Positions 1-13,100 of a stretch of DNA of 64,000 bases are shown piece by piece; position 1 is the stretch's first letter; the number at the start of each line of letters is the position of its first letter. The translations under genes and the position numbers were made by a program. Origin of the DNA: Octopus sinensis. Taxonomy: Eukaryota. The DNA lies in assembly GCF_006345805.1 (NCBI RefSeq), contig NC_042997.1, positions 4,526,001 through 4,590,000 on the forward strand, given 5' to 3'. Under the pieces are notes generated by a model. The model was not told where the DNA came from and did no database searches. It was given only the letters and a program-made list of their open reading frames with translations.

Positions 1-486
1 TCCTTCACCTACACCGCCGGTGAAAACTAATCGTACAATTTAAAATTGAATACACACATGCAAAGAAAATGTGCTTAATTAAACTAGGAAACCCGCAATT
101 AAATAATACTCACCCCACCCTATTTACTAGTTGAAGCCAATAAGAAATAATTATGAACTTTTCTTTTATTACATTTAACTTTTTAAAAATATATATATTG
201 ATAATTATTTAATTTGAAATGTGAATAATTTTTTTCTTTGAAATTTCCAAAGTAATTTTTGTTTTCATCTTTCGTATTTGAGAGGTGGACAGGTAAATAT
301 AAAACTATAATCAAATCGGGAATAAAAAAGGAAGAGGTAGGTTTTTTGAAATCCAGAGCTATTACAAAAAACTATGAGTAAGTTGAGGATCCCCACCGAT
401 TCAATTACTCAGACTTGGTCGTTTGGAGCAGTCTAAATATTGGTTTTATATAGGGGTAGAAGACCAGCAATTTTGGTGTATGGCTA

Positions 487-632
487 AGTTGATTACATTA
501 ACTCAAGTATTCAATTGGTACATATTCTCGACTACGAAAGTCAAAGTCCACCTCGGCAAAATTTGAAATCAGAACACTATGACGACGAAAATTTGGTAGG
601 CATTTTGCCCAACTTGCTAAGGATTCTGCCAC
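487..632 (-). mobile_element. tRNA-derived SINE, decayed (cephalopod-type)
   Basis: Reverse complement reads ggcagaatccttagc...ttctgatttcaaattttgccgaggtggactttg..., the same family as the + copies at 10924 and 49287. Confidence 0.7.
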
Positions 633-1306
633 ACCAACGTTCTCATAGCAGTCTAAATATTAAACATTGCTGCATTTCCGGATACTTATTTATTATAGCA
701 ATTCCGTACATGACCGCAAGTCCCCGGGTTATTTCATATTCTGTTTATAATCTAGAAGTTATATCCTTTCACACTCTTATCATTGCAAACATCTGCTCAT
801 ATATTTGTTTCATACTTTTGTTGCAATTTACGCTCCTTTTATATCGAAAATAGATTTACTTCGTATAAGAAAAGGAGTAGTAAAGTAAATTAATACTGTC
901 ACGGGATTTTCAACAAATAAAATATATACATATTATCTAATATATAATCTAAATATAACGAGATAATTTCTAATTTACTTTAAATTGGGGATATGATACA
1001 CGGTATATTTTGTGTTGAATGAAAAGCAATAAACAGAACATAATAAGTCAGAAATATCACGAAGTTTTTACTAAATATAATTTCCGAAAATTAACACAAT
1101 ATAGACCTATGTTCCGATCTCCTATATGGTTAATTTAAAGTTTTAAAATATTTTACAAGTATTCCACAGCTCCATTGTGTATGGTATTATAGAGTTTTTC
1201 TTTTCTGCATTGAAGAGTGTACACACATATACGTGCTCATACAAGAGAAAATATAGATATATAATATATATAAATATATATAGAGAGAAATACACGTGTA
1301 TATATA

Positions 1307-2304
1307 TAAATCCTTAAATCCTTAAATCCTTAAAAATGTTCTTGCCCGAAGGCCGCGGCCATACTGGAGTACCACCGCTGAATGAGCTACACTAATATGT
1401 GAATCCACCTCTGATACGTGGCACTTGATCAAGAAGGGTGTTCGATGCTGCTGCCCGCATCTGCGTCTCCTGTCGTGAGATATGTTCATCTGGGACTCCC
1501 GACAAGAAGAGATCCAGTTTAGTTTTAAAGAAATCCACATCCACACCATGTAAGTCTCTCAGGCATTTAGGGTGGATGTTAAAGAGCTGTGGTCCTCTGA
1601 AACCCAAGCTGTTGCAGTATCTGGACCTGTATTTTGATGGTGATGTTGGAATCTTTGGAACCATGCAGTGGAACTCCGTTCTGCGGTTGTGGTAACTATG
1701 AATGCCAAAGTTTGGGACAAGACCCTCCAGGATTTTCCAGATGTATATCACCGCATATCTCTCCCGCCTCCGCTCTAGGGAGAAGAGGTTTAATAATTTC
1801 AGTTTTTCCCAGTAGCTGATACTTTGCATTGAGACGATCTTCTTTGCTTCGAGTTCTGCTGTTAGTTTTATATTGTGTGGTGGCCATAGTTGGGAGTAGT
1901 AGTCCAAGCGGCTGAGGACGAATGTTTTCCAGAGGACCATCAGTGTCTCCTTCTCTCTTGTTCTGAAAGTTCGGAGAATACATTCAGCTAGCTGTCTGCA
2001 TTTTATCCTCAGATTAGTAATATGCACTTGGAAAGATGCATCATTGCTCATGTCAATGACCAGGTCACGCACTGATTTTGACTCAGGGATTGCAATTCTT
2101 CCTGGGCCAGTGTATCCAGTCCGCACGTCGTTTACCTTTGTGTGGGGCTAGCGCAGGGCCTGGAACTTACCTGCATTAAACTGCATGCTGTTGTCCTCAG
2201 CCCACCTGTATATTGTATCCAACTCCTGTTGCAGATGCGCAATATTTTCAGGGTTTTGTATTGTGTGGGAGATTGTGTCATCTGCATATTTAGCAAGGGT
2301 GGCC

Positions 2305-2305
<1 letters not shown>
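1307..2305 (-). mobile_element. 5'-truncated CR1-like LINE (RT C-terminus + 3'UTR + 8-bp tail)
   Basis: KYADDT...DNSMQFNAGKFQ (2148-2305) and RTFRTR..LWKTFVLSRLDYYSQLWPPH..LFSLERRRERY (ORF 1392-2126). 3' tail (TAAATCCT)3 on + at 1307-1330. TA-rich sequence on both flanks. Confidence 0.92.
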
Positions 2306-2335
<30 letters not shown>

Positions 2336-2759
2336 ATATAATATATATATATATATATACTAAGAATTCACAACGACCTCGAGCCCACAAGAGTAATCAA
2401 GAGACACAGAGACAGGAAAATAGCCCTGTTATTTTAATACTATACAAATATTCTTTTATAAAACTTTTCCAAAATTTAATATTTTTCCAAACATACATTT
2501 GAAAAGGTTTCAATGAATGAAACCGGTACTGGAATGTTTTTTGTTTATAAATTTATCTTAGCATTTTCTGCCTTGACATTTTTTCCATATACATATCAAC
2601 TCGTGTGTTCCTTTTCAACCTTCTATACACACACACACACACACACACTCACACATACACATATATACATGGTTGAATGGATGTATGTATGTATTATTAT
2701 AAATCTTGTTGTTTTTTCTTGGTGGTGGTAGTGGTGATAATTATTTATTTACGTTGTTG

Positions 2760-5375
2760 TTGCTTTGTTCTATACGAGCTGGTCGGAGTCTCCCTAAACA
2801 CTCCTACTAACAGCAAGTTGGACTTTTTACAATAGGTATTATTTAAGATCAGCAAGGATATGTTGCAGGATAAGGAGAACAAAATCTAAGGTCTAAGATT
2901 TTCTTAAATTTGTAACACTTTAGTATTGAAAGAGTTTTAAGGGGATCAAGTATTTTAGTTTTACAACGTATTCGTTACGATGTGGGCAGAAGTTTCTTGA
3001 TAGTTCTGAAATTTTGAGGTTTACAGTTTATTTAGCAATTGTATTTTACAGAAGAGTTGCAGTCTGCTGGAAACGATATGCCTATAAGATGGGATTTAAT
3101 GTTATTTGATTCTCACTATTTTGTGTTGGTTGGAATACCTTGATACTTTACTACTATGGTGAGTTATGTTCCCAATATTTCTCATGTGGGAATCCAATGA
3201 TATGATACAGTGAAAATCATAACTGTCCTTCATGGCGATTAACGCATTCATTTGATGCTTGTATTGCGCAAACACAGATGAGGTGATCAATTATGTTCTG
3301 GTTACACAACAAAATTGGCAGATATGATCAACACCAATCATTGGAATTCAGTGTACGCCTTTATGGTAGCTGAATTTGGAGACTATCACAGCTGCAGCAG
3401 CTGCCGTCCTCCATACAGTTGCGGATTTAAATATATCTACAAGTGCCTTGGGGTGAAACATTGGTTTTTTGGAGAATCGTGGTGTCATTATGCCATTATA
3501 TAATATATACTAAAATAAATTTCGGCTATTATTGGCCCAGACCATGTCTAACTCATTAGCTGCATCTGGAACAGATATTTAACTATTTTTTTTTTATAAT
3601 ACAGTCATATTTTAGGTACCTTAGCTCGTTCGAGTAAAGAAACATGTTGCTTAATTTGGAGCTAACATTTACTCAAATAACACTAATATTGTTTGGTCCC
3701 ACAATGATTTCGCCGGCTGGAGGAGTATAATTTCACCTCTTACCGAAGGGATTAATTGACATTTATTCTCGTTGAGCAGGATTTTGCGCCCATTGGATAA
3801 CAGTGAACAGATCTGATTGGAGATTTGTCGGGTCTCTTACCCTTCAGAAATATACAGTCATCCAGGAAAGTTCTAATGCTGACGGGATTGATGATTTCAA
3901 TGATGGCAATAAATTCAATCACGAAAATGTCTTGGTCCTTTCGAATGCCTTCATGGAAACCACTTACGACGCTTACTGAGCTTGATTGAATAATCTCGAC
4001 CACCACAAGACGTGTTTTATTCAGCAGGAAACATTTGATTCAGTTTAATATCTTCCCTCGGACTCCAACGTTACATAATTTTCTTAACAGAAACCGGTAT
4101 TTAGCATTGCTGAAAGTCAAAATATATAATTTTAAAGTCACTCCCATTGCCGAAATCATACTGTTTTGGATTAAGTAAGCTGCTCCATTAGAGGAAGACA
4201 GTTATTGTTGATGTCATCACTCTCTCAAATAATTTGATGATATGATAGGTGAGGATGTTCGGTAATACACTAACATAGATTAGTTGCTCTTTTTGAAAAT
4301 GTAACAATCAACTGAGATAGGAATTTATCGGGAATATCTACAGTGTCCTGTGATTTATTTCAGATAATATTTAAAAGGAATGTGAGTTGATGTCATCAGT
4401 GCTTCAGGACTCTAGCGGGAAACATAAAATCCCTGAAGTTACATTTTGTTTTTGTTTTGTAGTCTGCGAAGTTATGCGGTGCGCCTAATGATATATCTAA
4501 TAAAGTGTGATCGGGATGTTTCACCGATGCTGTCAGGATGAACCATGTTGGGATTGCTGCAAGCGGAGCAGTAGTGCCTCTGCGGAATCTCAACCAAGTC
4601 TTCTGCATCAAACACTATACAGTATTGTTATCATCAGTTACACGTCCCACAGATGAGACATCAACCTTATGCTTTTAGCGAATAAGTACAGTACTTGAAC
4701 ATTATTTTTTTCTCAACGGCCACCTTATCTTCTGCTGTTGTTGAGTATCTCAACGACAGTCTTTATGCAGTTTTGAAAATAATACTTCTATTTTAGTATA
4801 AAAGTGCATCTGCCAAATGAGTGTGTTGCAAATGGTAATATTTTAGCCGGTTTGGTTTTCGATTACTCCCTTATATTTTTTCTTACATGTTTTACGTTTT
4901 CATAGTGGACTGTGTAAAGATTTCCTTATTGACCACAGGGGATTGTAGTGTGAATACATCTTTGTGACAAAGTCTATATTTGTTATAATAACCGCCAGGA
5001 TGAGTTCATTCTGATTGTAGTTACAGAGTCAGTAAAAAACTAATCAACCGATGAAAGTTTGTCTTATGAAGACCATGAAGTCAAAAGAGTGTTCTGAAAA
5101 GTTATCGTTCAGTGTTATTTTTGGCTTTGTGAATCACATTTTAAAGAGAACAATATCTTGTTTTTTTCACTGTAATATTGTGGACAGTTTAAATGTGGTT
5201 ACTAAATTTTCAAGTTTTCTTCGAGTCTCTTTGGCATGAGCATATTTTGAAACAGGCAAAATTCGTCCATGAATTCGAATAGTGACTCCTTGTCTACAGA
5301 TGAAACGCACACGTTTCTTTTCAACTTATGAGCAGACCAAATTGAAATCACCCATCATTAAATATCATATTCTAA
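2760..5375 (-). mobile_element. Old, heavily decayed CR1/L2-like LINE (APE + RT)
   Basis: Minus-strand remnants: MMGDFN (APE motif, ~5341-5358), ILTFSNAKYRFLLRKLCNVGVRGKILN (~4045-4128, a DFSKAFD..LL.KL..G..G remnant) and VVSGFHEG...IRTFLDDC (ORF 3752-4006, SGVPQG/FADD remnant). Many stops. Confidence 0.7.
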
Positions 5376-5384
5376 CTGCGGAAT

Positions 5385-5545
5385 TAAAGACTTCATTACA
5401 TTATTTACATTAGTTACATTTGACGGATATGTGGCCTCATCTTGTTTGTTGTTAACATAACGTTTCGGCTGATTTGCCGCCAGCCTTCATCAGGTGTCTT
5501 GGGGAAATTTCGAACCTGGGTTCTCATTCCTAAGGTATTTTCCGT
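5385..5545 (-). mobile_element. Short interspersed repeat body carrying a hammerhead ribozyme
   Basis: Distinct block that interrupts the old LINE, contains the HHR at 5454-5498 and abuts an (ATT)n tract. Confidence 0.65.
5454..5498 (-). ncRNA. Minimal type-I hammerhead ribozyme (canonical core, one stem I mismatch)
   Basis: Minus strand: GACAC-CUGAUGA-A-GGCUG-gcggcaaau-CAGCC-GAAA-CG-UU-AUGUU. 5-bp stem II; palindromic stem III (AACGUU). Confidence 0.75.
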
Positions 5546-5562
5546 TGTACTTGGTGCTTTTG

Positions 5563-5564
5563 TA

Positions 5565-5639
<75 letters not shown>
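5563..5639. repeat. (ATT)n microsatellite
   Basis: Direct read. Confidence 0.95.
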
Positions 5640-6430
<791 letters not shown>

Positions 6431-6436
6431 CAATTA

Positions 6437-6502
6437 ACTGCCTTGAATCGAACTCGGAATCTTTGGGTTAGTACTCCACGCTCTTAACCACTACATCATA
6501 TG
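6437..6502 (-). mobile_element. tRNA-derived SINE head (Pol III A/B boxes)
   Basis: Minus: tgatgTAGTGGttaagagcg...ccgaGTTCGATTCaaggcagt. Confidence 0.7.
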
Positions 6503-6829
6503 AAATCCTTAATATCCAAGAATCGTTTTTAAAACACAATAGTTGCACTTGTGATAGCGTGTAGAGCCCAATTTTTGAAAGATCCTTAGCTTTGTCATTT
6601 ATAGCCGCTGTTATTCACAATAGCTAGTAGAGAATTAGAAGTCATCAATGAATTGAAGCATCCATGTTTTTGCATTAAATCCTGTGACTTCATTACACAT
6701 TTTTGGGGTCCTCGAATGTGACTTATTTCTAATACCTTGAGAGGTGGAAAGTGTTTGCACTGGTGTAGTGATATAGTTTAGATCAGTGTGACAGCCAAGG
6801 TACTTTTCTGAAATACCTTTGCCTGGATC

Positions 6830-6945
6830 TGCAATTTATCTAGTGAAGGTGTGTTTAGTGCAATTTATCTAGTGAAGGTGTATTTAGTGCAATTTATCTA
6901 GTGAAGGTGTATTTAGTACAATTTATCTAGTGAAGGTGTATTTAG
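6830..6945 (+). repeat. 29-bp minisatellite x4
   Basis: TGCAATTTATCTAGTGAAGGTGTATTTAG units start at 6830, 6859, 6888 and 6917, nearly identical. Confidence 0.95.
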
Positions 6946-7645
6946 TAGCTGTCAGTTTGTTTTCTTTTTGTTCTCTAGTTTTTCGTGCTGGAATAGCTGC
7001 AGGCGTAGTTGAATTTGTTTTTATTCTCGCCGGATTAATATACGCTTTTTGAGTTATGCTTTTGATGATACCTCGAATCATGGGGCGAACTTGAAGATAT
7101 AAGTCTGCTGTATACATAATCGCTTGTGTAAAAAATTGCGGCAGACTTGACTGTTACGATTTCATTTTAATGGTGGTGCTGTTGTTGCAAGGGTGCTATG
7201 GTGAGAGTTCGTTTTATTAATTGAGAATCTTGTTCCTGGTAAACGAGTAAAATTATAATCAATGTATATGCATAACCACACACATAAAGAATGAGAGCGT
7301 ATTTCTGGATTTAATTTTAGGCAGGTTGTTGTTTTTGAGGGACAGTATATTGTAAAATATCTTTATGCTTATATTTGCCCGATTTTCATGACTTTGGATT
7401 AGTAGATGTTGGAGAGGGAGAAATAATGTTTAGTTCAAGTTTGGACATTAGAATTAGTAGTAACAATAGTTTTTAGCGCCCTTGTGTCGATGTAGATGCA
7501 GTGGTGGTGGGAGAGGAAGGAAGGAGATAAGGTTGAGATTGGTCACCTGCAAGGGTGTGATTGAGGTTGGTCAGTGGATTAATCGTAGAAGTAGAAAGGA
7601 AAGAATAAGAGATAGAAGCAAAAAAAGAAGCAACAGCAACGGCAT

Positions 7646-7663
7646 TAGTAGTAGTATTAGTAT

Positions 7664-7698
<35 letters not shown>

Positions 7699-7736
7699 AT
7701 AGTAGTAGTAGTAGTAGTAGTAGAAGACGTAGTAAT
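7646..7736. repeat. (TAG)n microsatellite
   Basis: Direct read. Confidence 0.9.
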
Positions 7737-9999
7737 AGATTGTTGCAGTAATGGTGATGATGGTTTAGACGCTTAGGGGACTCTGAGGTTTCGGTTGAGC
7801 TTGTGTTGTTGTTGCTGTTGTAGTAGTTATAATTGTTTTTGCTTTTCTGTATGTGGTCTTCGTCAGCTGTTGCTGCTTATGGTGGGCTGAAATGAATGGG
7901 AAGATTTCAGAGATTTTATCCACGCAGTTAATTATGGTACAATATTAGGTAGAACTTTCTTTCAGTTTGTCTTATATTTCTCTCACTTAGCGGTAAATGT
8001 TACAGATGAAGAACTCTTTTGGCAATGAGATTTAAACATGGGATGCAGATGTTATGAGTTTGAAAATAAAAATTAAACATGTAATGAGAATGCCCATTTC
8101 ACTGTTGTAATTATTGTAGGTGTGTTGTCAAAACACCCAAGCATTTCTTTCCTCCTTTAAGGAGGAGAGGGACATCTTTTGAGCCTTTGTGACTTTTTTA
8201 TTATATATTTGTTGGGTCATTTTACAATGAAGAAATGGACATGGTTGTTTTAGCTGCTTTTGCGTAGTTTCAGCAACAACGTAACAACACCAGATAAAAT
8301 AAGCAAAATATTTGTTTTATGGAGTATTTCACGGACATAGGCAAGGATATAAGAGGGCGTTACGATATAGAAAAAAATTTATCGTTAAAATATTGTGTAA
8401 ATTTATGTGTATTTATTAATAGAAATATTGTGTACTTACGAATATTCGTCAATAGGCCATTGTGTTCTAACGGCACAAAATATAATATAAATAAATAAAT
8501 AAATTGAAGAATTCAAGGATTCAGTATACGAGAGATATACACGTGGCTGTGTGGGACATTTGCTGGCAAGCAACTTTAGAAAACACGTCTGTACAGTAAG
8601 AGATTCAACATCTGTAATTATCATCATTGTTGTTGGTCGTGCTGTTGGTTGTATGTGTTGTTGTTGTTGTTGTTGTTGTTGCTGTTGATTATGATAATGA
8701 GGAGGTACGATCTCTTGTTATCTATTCAGCAGGCTAAAGCATTCAATTCATTTAATAATTTATACGTTATCTTATTGGAGATATCCATTTTATGTTTCAT
8801 CATTTCACTTAATTCAGTTCATACTTTTAGCAAATTCTTCCGGCATTCTTGAGATCTACACATAATATGTCTAATCGTTTTACTTCAATTTTAAAATAGA
8901 CATTCACTGAAATTAAATGATTTCGTTATTCTTTATTCACATTTTTGCAGACTTTTTACATTTCAGCATTTCGTTTCTGTCTTGAGCTATGATTTCAGTC
9001 TCAACTTAAGAATAGGGAAAATGAATGTTAGAAGAATAGCAAAAAAATCTTTAAATTTGTTTACAAATATTGCTGGTGCATAGTTTGTGATATCTAAGGT
9101 AATAAGGTACTATATCTAGGGTAATATTTTCCTTAAATCTGTGAAATTGTAGGTATCAGGTTTCTCAAATGTAGACAAGTACACTATGCATGCTCATAAA
9201 AGTGCAAATAAAGAGCTATTTGGGAGAATCCTGGTATCGTCATGCCTTCATATAACATGTATCGTCAACTTTGGTATTATTTATTCACTCTTGCTTTATA
9301 TCAAAGCCCCATCTTTTAGTGTCTGTCATTCAACTTGTTATCTTATTGACTTTTTTATGTTTCGATGCAACTCTTTTCAAGAAATAACTAATTAGCTAAA
9401 GATAATTTGTTACACTATAATTAATCTCGCTATAATATTTTATTCTATTACTCTACTCGTTCAAACAAAATTCTATGTACTTCGTTGCTATTTCTATTTT
9501 ATTGCTATCTAGTGCTCATACTACCACTGCTCTTTATATGATTTCGAAGGCCACTGAAATACACTTTCATACATATATTCAGTCAAGCTATTTTAAGAAA
9601 TTACGGCAGACTAGATATCTTCTATTACCCACAAATATCGTATTGTCTTAATCATTATCACAATTACATCCCTCAATGGCTTACCCGAAGAGTTTATTAC
9701 AGTAAATTCTCCCTTCACCACTTATATTACCATAGTCCAAATTATATATACATTAAATTTAAATTAAATATAGACACAATTATTGATAAAAGCTTTTAGT
9801 CTCTCAGTCTCAATTTTTCGTAGTGCATTCTACATAAACATTCATGAGTCTGTTCAGTTTTGCTCACACATTTTAAAATCATTTTCCTTTTAACTAAACA
9901 GTTTTAAACTTCGTATACCGGTGTGTAATTCCTCACGCTCAACACGGTTTATTTTCAACATTTTTGAAAAAATTATTTATTTTAGAAGTTGGTTCCTGT

Positions 10000-10548
10000 A
10001 TTCAGTTGAAGAAATCTACAGCAGTTTGCGATAGTAATCGAAGAGGAACGTTTTCCGGGTTATCTCTATTAAAGGTCCCCACCCTGTTCTGTTCGTATGT
10101 CGAGCGACAGGGCGAAGGGAAAGTATTGCTCCTTGGTCATAGCTGACACAAAAGAAAAGCTTTCGGCCGCTATAAAGACGATGCCACTTATATCCGCTCT
10201 TTCTTTCTAGTTAGCACCGTACGTACCCCATCCTTTCCTTCTCTACACTATCAACTACCAACCAGCGAGCGAACTTGTCACTGCCACTGCAATTACTCCT
10301 CCATCTCTAACTACATGTGGGGCAAGCGAATAAATATATGTAAACAAAATTTCTTCCTCCATATGTTGATTCATCAATATTTACATATTACTGCGACGCG
10401 AGAACCAAAAAACAAAGCGAGTAATATGCAACACAGGCAGGATGCAAACATAAAATATAACACAATGGGGACATTTAGCAGAGATGATCCGGGAGTTGTT
10501 CCTTTTCGATTGGTATCGCAAACATCAGTAGCTTTCTTTAACTGAATA
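10000..10548. mobile_element. Decayed MITE / foldback with ~80-bp inverted arms
   Basis: 10000-10081 (gtattcagttgaagaaatctac...aaaggtcccca) is an imperfect reverse complement of 10466-10548 (tggggacattt...ttaactgaatac). Confidence 0.6.
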
Positions 10549-10923
10549 CCCGTCGTTGATTTTTTAAAATTACCCAAACACAACCTCAACACGAACTAAC
10601 TTGTAAAATACATAATATTGCCAGAAAAGTCGAAGGACAACAGTAGTGAGTACACCTAAAGAGTATACGCGCTTGAATGAACGACGTGACATCTAATCGT
10701 TAGTCGGTAACACACGTTTTTCTAAGTAACAACGCATACATGTATAAGCAAGTAAATTTTCTTTAACCAAAGTGAATGATACCAGTAATGCCAACTGTAT
10801 AGCTACAGCCTACAGCTACACCTCCTAAATAATATAGAACACTACTTGACTCTCTTCCTTATTCTGAAGCTTATTGGATACATCCATTCGAAATTTTATT
10901 GTTGGTATTACTGTTGTTGTTAA

Positions 10924-11100
10924 GGCAGTGAGTTTGCAGAATCGTTAGCGGTGTGGACCAAATGCTTAGCGTTATTTCGCCCGTCGCTACGTTCTGAGTT
11001 TAAATTCCACCGAAGGCCACTCTCCCTTGCTCATTTCGGGGTCGATAAATTAAGTACTAGTTGAGAATTGGGGTGAATGTAATCGACTTATCTCTTCCTC
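10924..11100 (+). mobile_element. tRNA-derived SINE
   Basis: ggcagtgag..gcagaatcgttagc...gttctgagtttaaattcc (B-box-like)...ttcggggtcgataaattaagtac; recurs in the window. Confidence 0.8.
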
Positions 11101-11163
11101 TGAAACGTATAAGTATATATATATTTATGTGTGTATGTGTGCGTTTAGATATAGAAATATATG

Positions 11164-11222
11164 TATATATATATATATATATAGATAGATAGATATAGAT
11201 AGATAGATAGATAGATAGGTAT

Positions 11223-11277
<55 letters not shown>

Positions 11278-11292
11278 TATAGATAGATAGAG

Positions 11293-11350
<58 letters not shown>

Positions 11351-11362
11351 TTAAATAGATAG
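11164..11362. repeat. (TA)n/(TAGA)n microsatellite
   Basis: Direct read. Confidence 0.95.
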
Positions 11363-11595
11363 ACGTGTAGACGTAAATGCATCCACAGCTATCCGCAGCT
11401 ACATACAAGGCCACATCATCCGAATATAGAAAATCAGTCCCAAAAAGTTTACACATTTCTACATGCGTACCTGCTTAAGCGTATACATACATACATGCAA
11501 ACATACATACTGTCATATACACACACACGCACATATACGCACACAAATTATATACGTACATACAAATATACCTACATACACACACATAAATATAT

Positions 11596-11735
11596 ATTGT
11601 AGAAATTTACTAAGAAGCAAAACACGAAGACAGGCGTTTAAACAAGAAACAGATGTGTTAGTTTCTCGCTCGAGAAGGTGAAATAGACTTCTTATACTTC
11701 GGGACTACGCTCTTGAACAGAAAGGAACACGTGAA
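11596..11735 (-). mobile_element. Penelope pseudo-LTR fragment (decayed CUGUNGA HHR family)
   Basis: Reverse complement matches 21510-21730 and 62640-62840. Confidence 0.65.
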
Positions 11736-11822
11736 ATAAAGTGTCTTGCTCAAGGACACAATGCGTCGCCGTGAATGGAACTCGCGCCCTTACGATTTTG
11801 AGGCGAAAGCCCTAACCACTAA
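11730..11822 (-). mobile_element. SINE 5' head (tRNA-like)
   Basis: gtgaaataaagtgtcttgctcaaggacac...ccctaaccact; same family as 40020-40245 and 63060-63290. Confidence 0.7.
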
Positions 11823-11876
<54 letters not shown>

Positions 11877-13040
11877 GCTACTACTACTATTGCTGCTGCT
11901 ACTGCAACAGCAGCAGCAGCTGTAGCAGCTAGTTCATATAGATGAATAGTCATGTTTGTGTTGTACTATTTTACCTGTGTATCCGTATAATCTGTTCGTT
12001 CGTCATTTCTTTATATTTTCACTGATAGACACAATCTTGTCATGAGTCATATGCATATCAATATTAGATGACGGCTCATCTCCTAATTCCGATATAGAAA
12101 TGCTTTTATGAATTGTAGAATCGGAATTCCATAATTTAATTTCTGGTTGATCTACATAGAAGTAGAGTAAATTGCTTTATCCACGTATTCTTGTTAATTC
12201 TTAATCAGAGTCAGTTACCACGTTTATATTATTTCAGACTATTAGATTGTATGCTTTCATATTAATGTTTATTATGAGGTTTCAGTCATATCCATCACAA
12301 TATTTGGGTTTTTTTTTATATTGGGGACTGTAGTATGCATCCAAGTATGTCCTCCTTCATTAAAATAAGACTATAAATAGTCTAAAAGCAATTGGGTATA
12401 TACGAAAATTTGCCGATTCCAGCAAAGAATTTAGTATAGAATTTATGAAGTGTACATATACACCCCAGGTTTTATAAGTGAGAAAAAGAGGCAATTACCC
12501 CAGGCCACAAGGATACAGAGTGGTCACCGTGTGTAGTGGACCCTCTACATCAGTGTTTCTCAACTTATTTCCTCCCAGGGTCCACTATAACATTCTGGAA
12601 AAAATATTATTTAAAAACAATATTTAATACAAAAGATTCTACCGGTAACATTTTAGTGGCACATGGAACTGTGAAAATCATACTACACCTACATTAAGCC
12701 TAGCCAAACCAAACCTTCCACACTAGCATATTGTTAGGTCATCCAATAAATAATGCGATTTTATCAATAAATGTTCCATCTCGGATCTAGATTGAGTTAT
12801 GTAGTTTTCTGCCAGAAAATGTAGGAAATATTCTTAGGTTAATAGGGAATCAGAGAAAAAGAACAGGAAACAAGAAAAATTAGACTGAAATATTGTGGTG
12901 TGTTGCGGCCTTGACAATATTCCTAACAAATAGTGGACTGCTTGTTAGTGTGAAGACATCATAGGAACTAAGCACAATGGAAATTCGTTAGAAGTTATGG
13001 AACTTATTACTTGATTTGATTTCTCATAAGTCAGTGGGAG

Positions 13041-13100
<60 letters not shown>

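Noticed and set aside
6437-6502. Functional tRNA gene
   Set aside because: A/B boxes are present but the acceptor and anticodon stems do not close; treated as a SINE head.
6830-6945. 29-bp repeats resembling a CRISPR array
   Set aside because: Head-to-tail with no spacers, in a eukaryotic context; an ordinary minisatellite.
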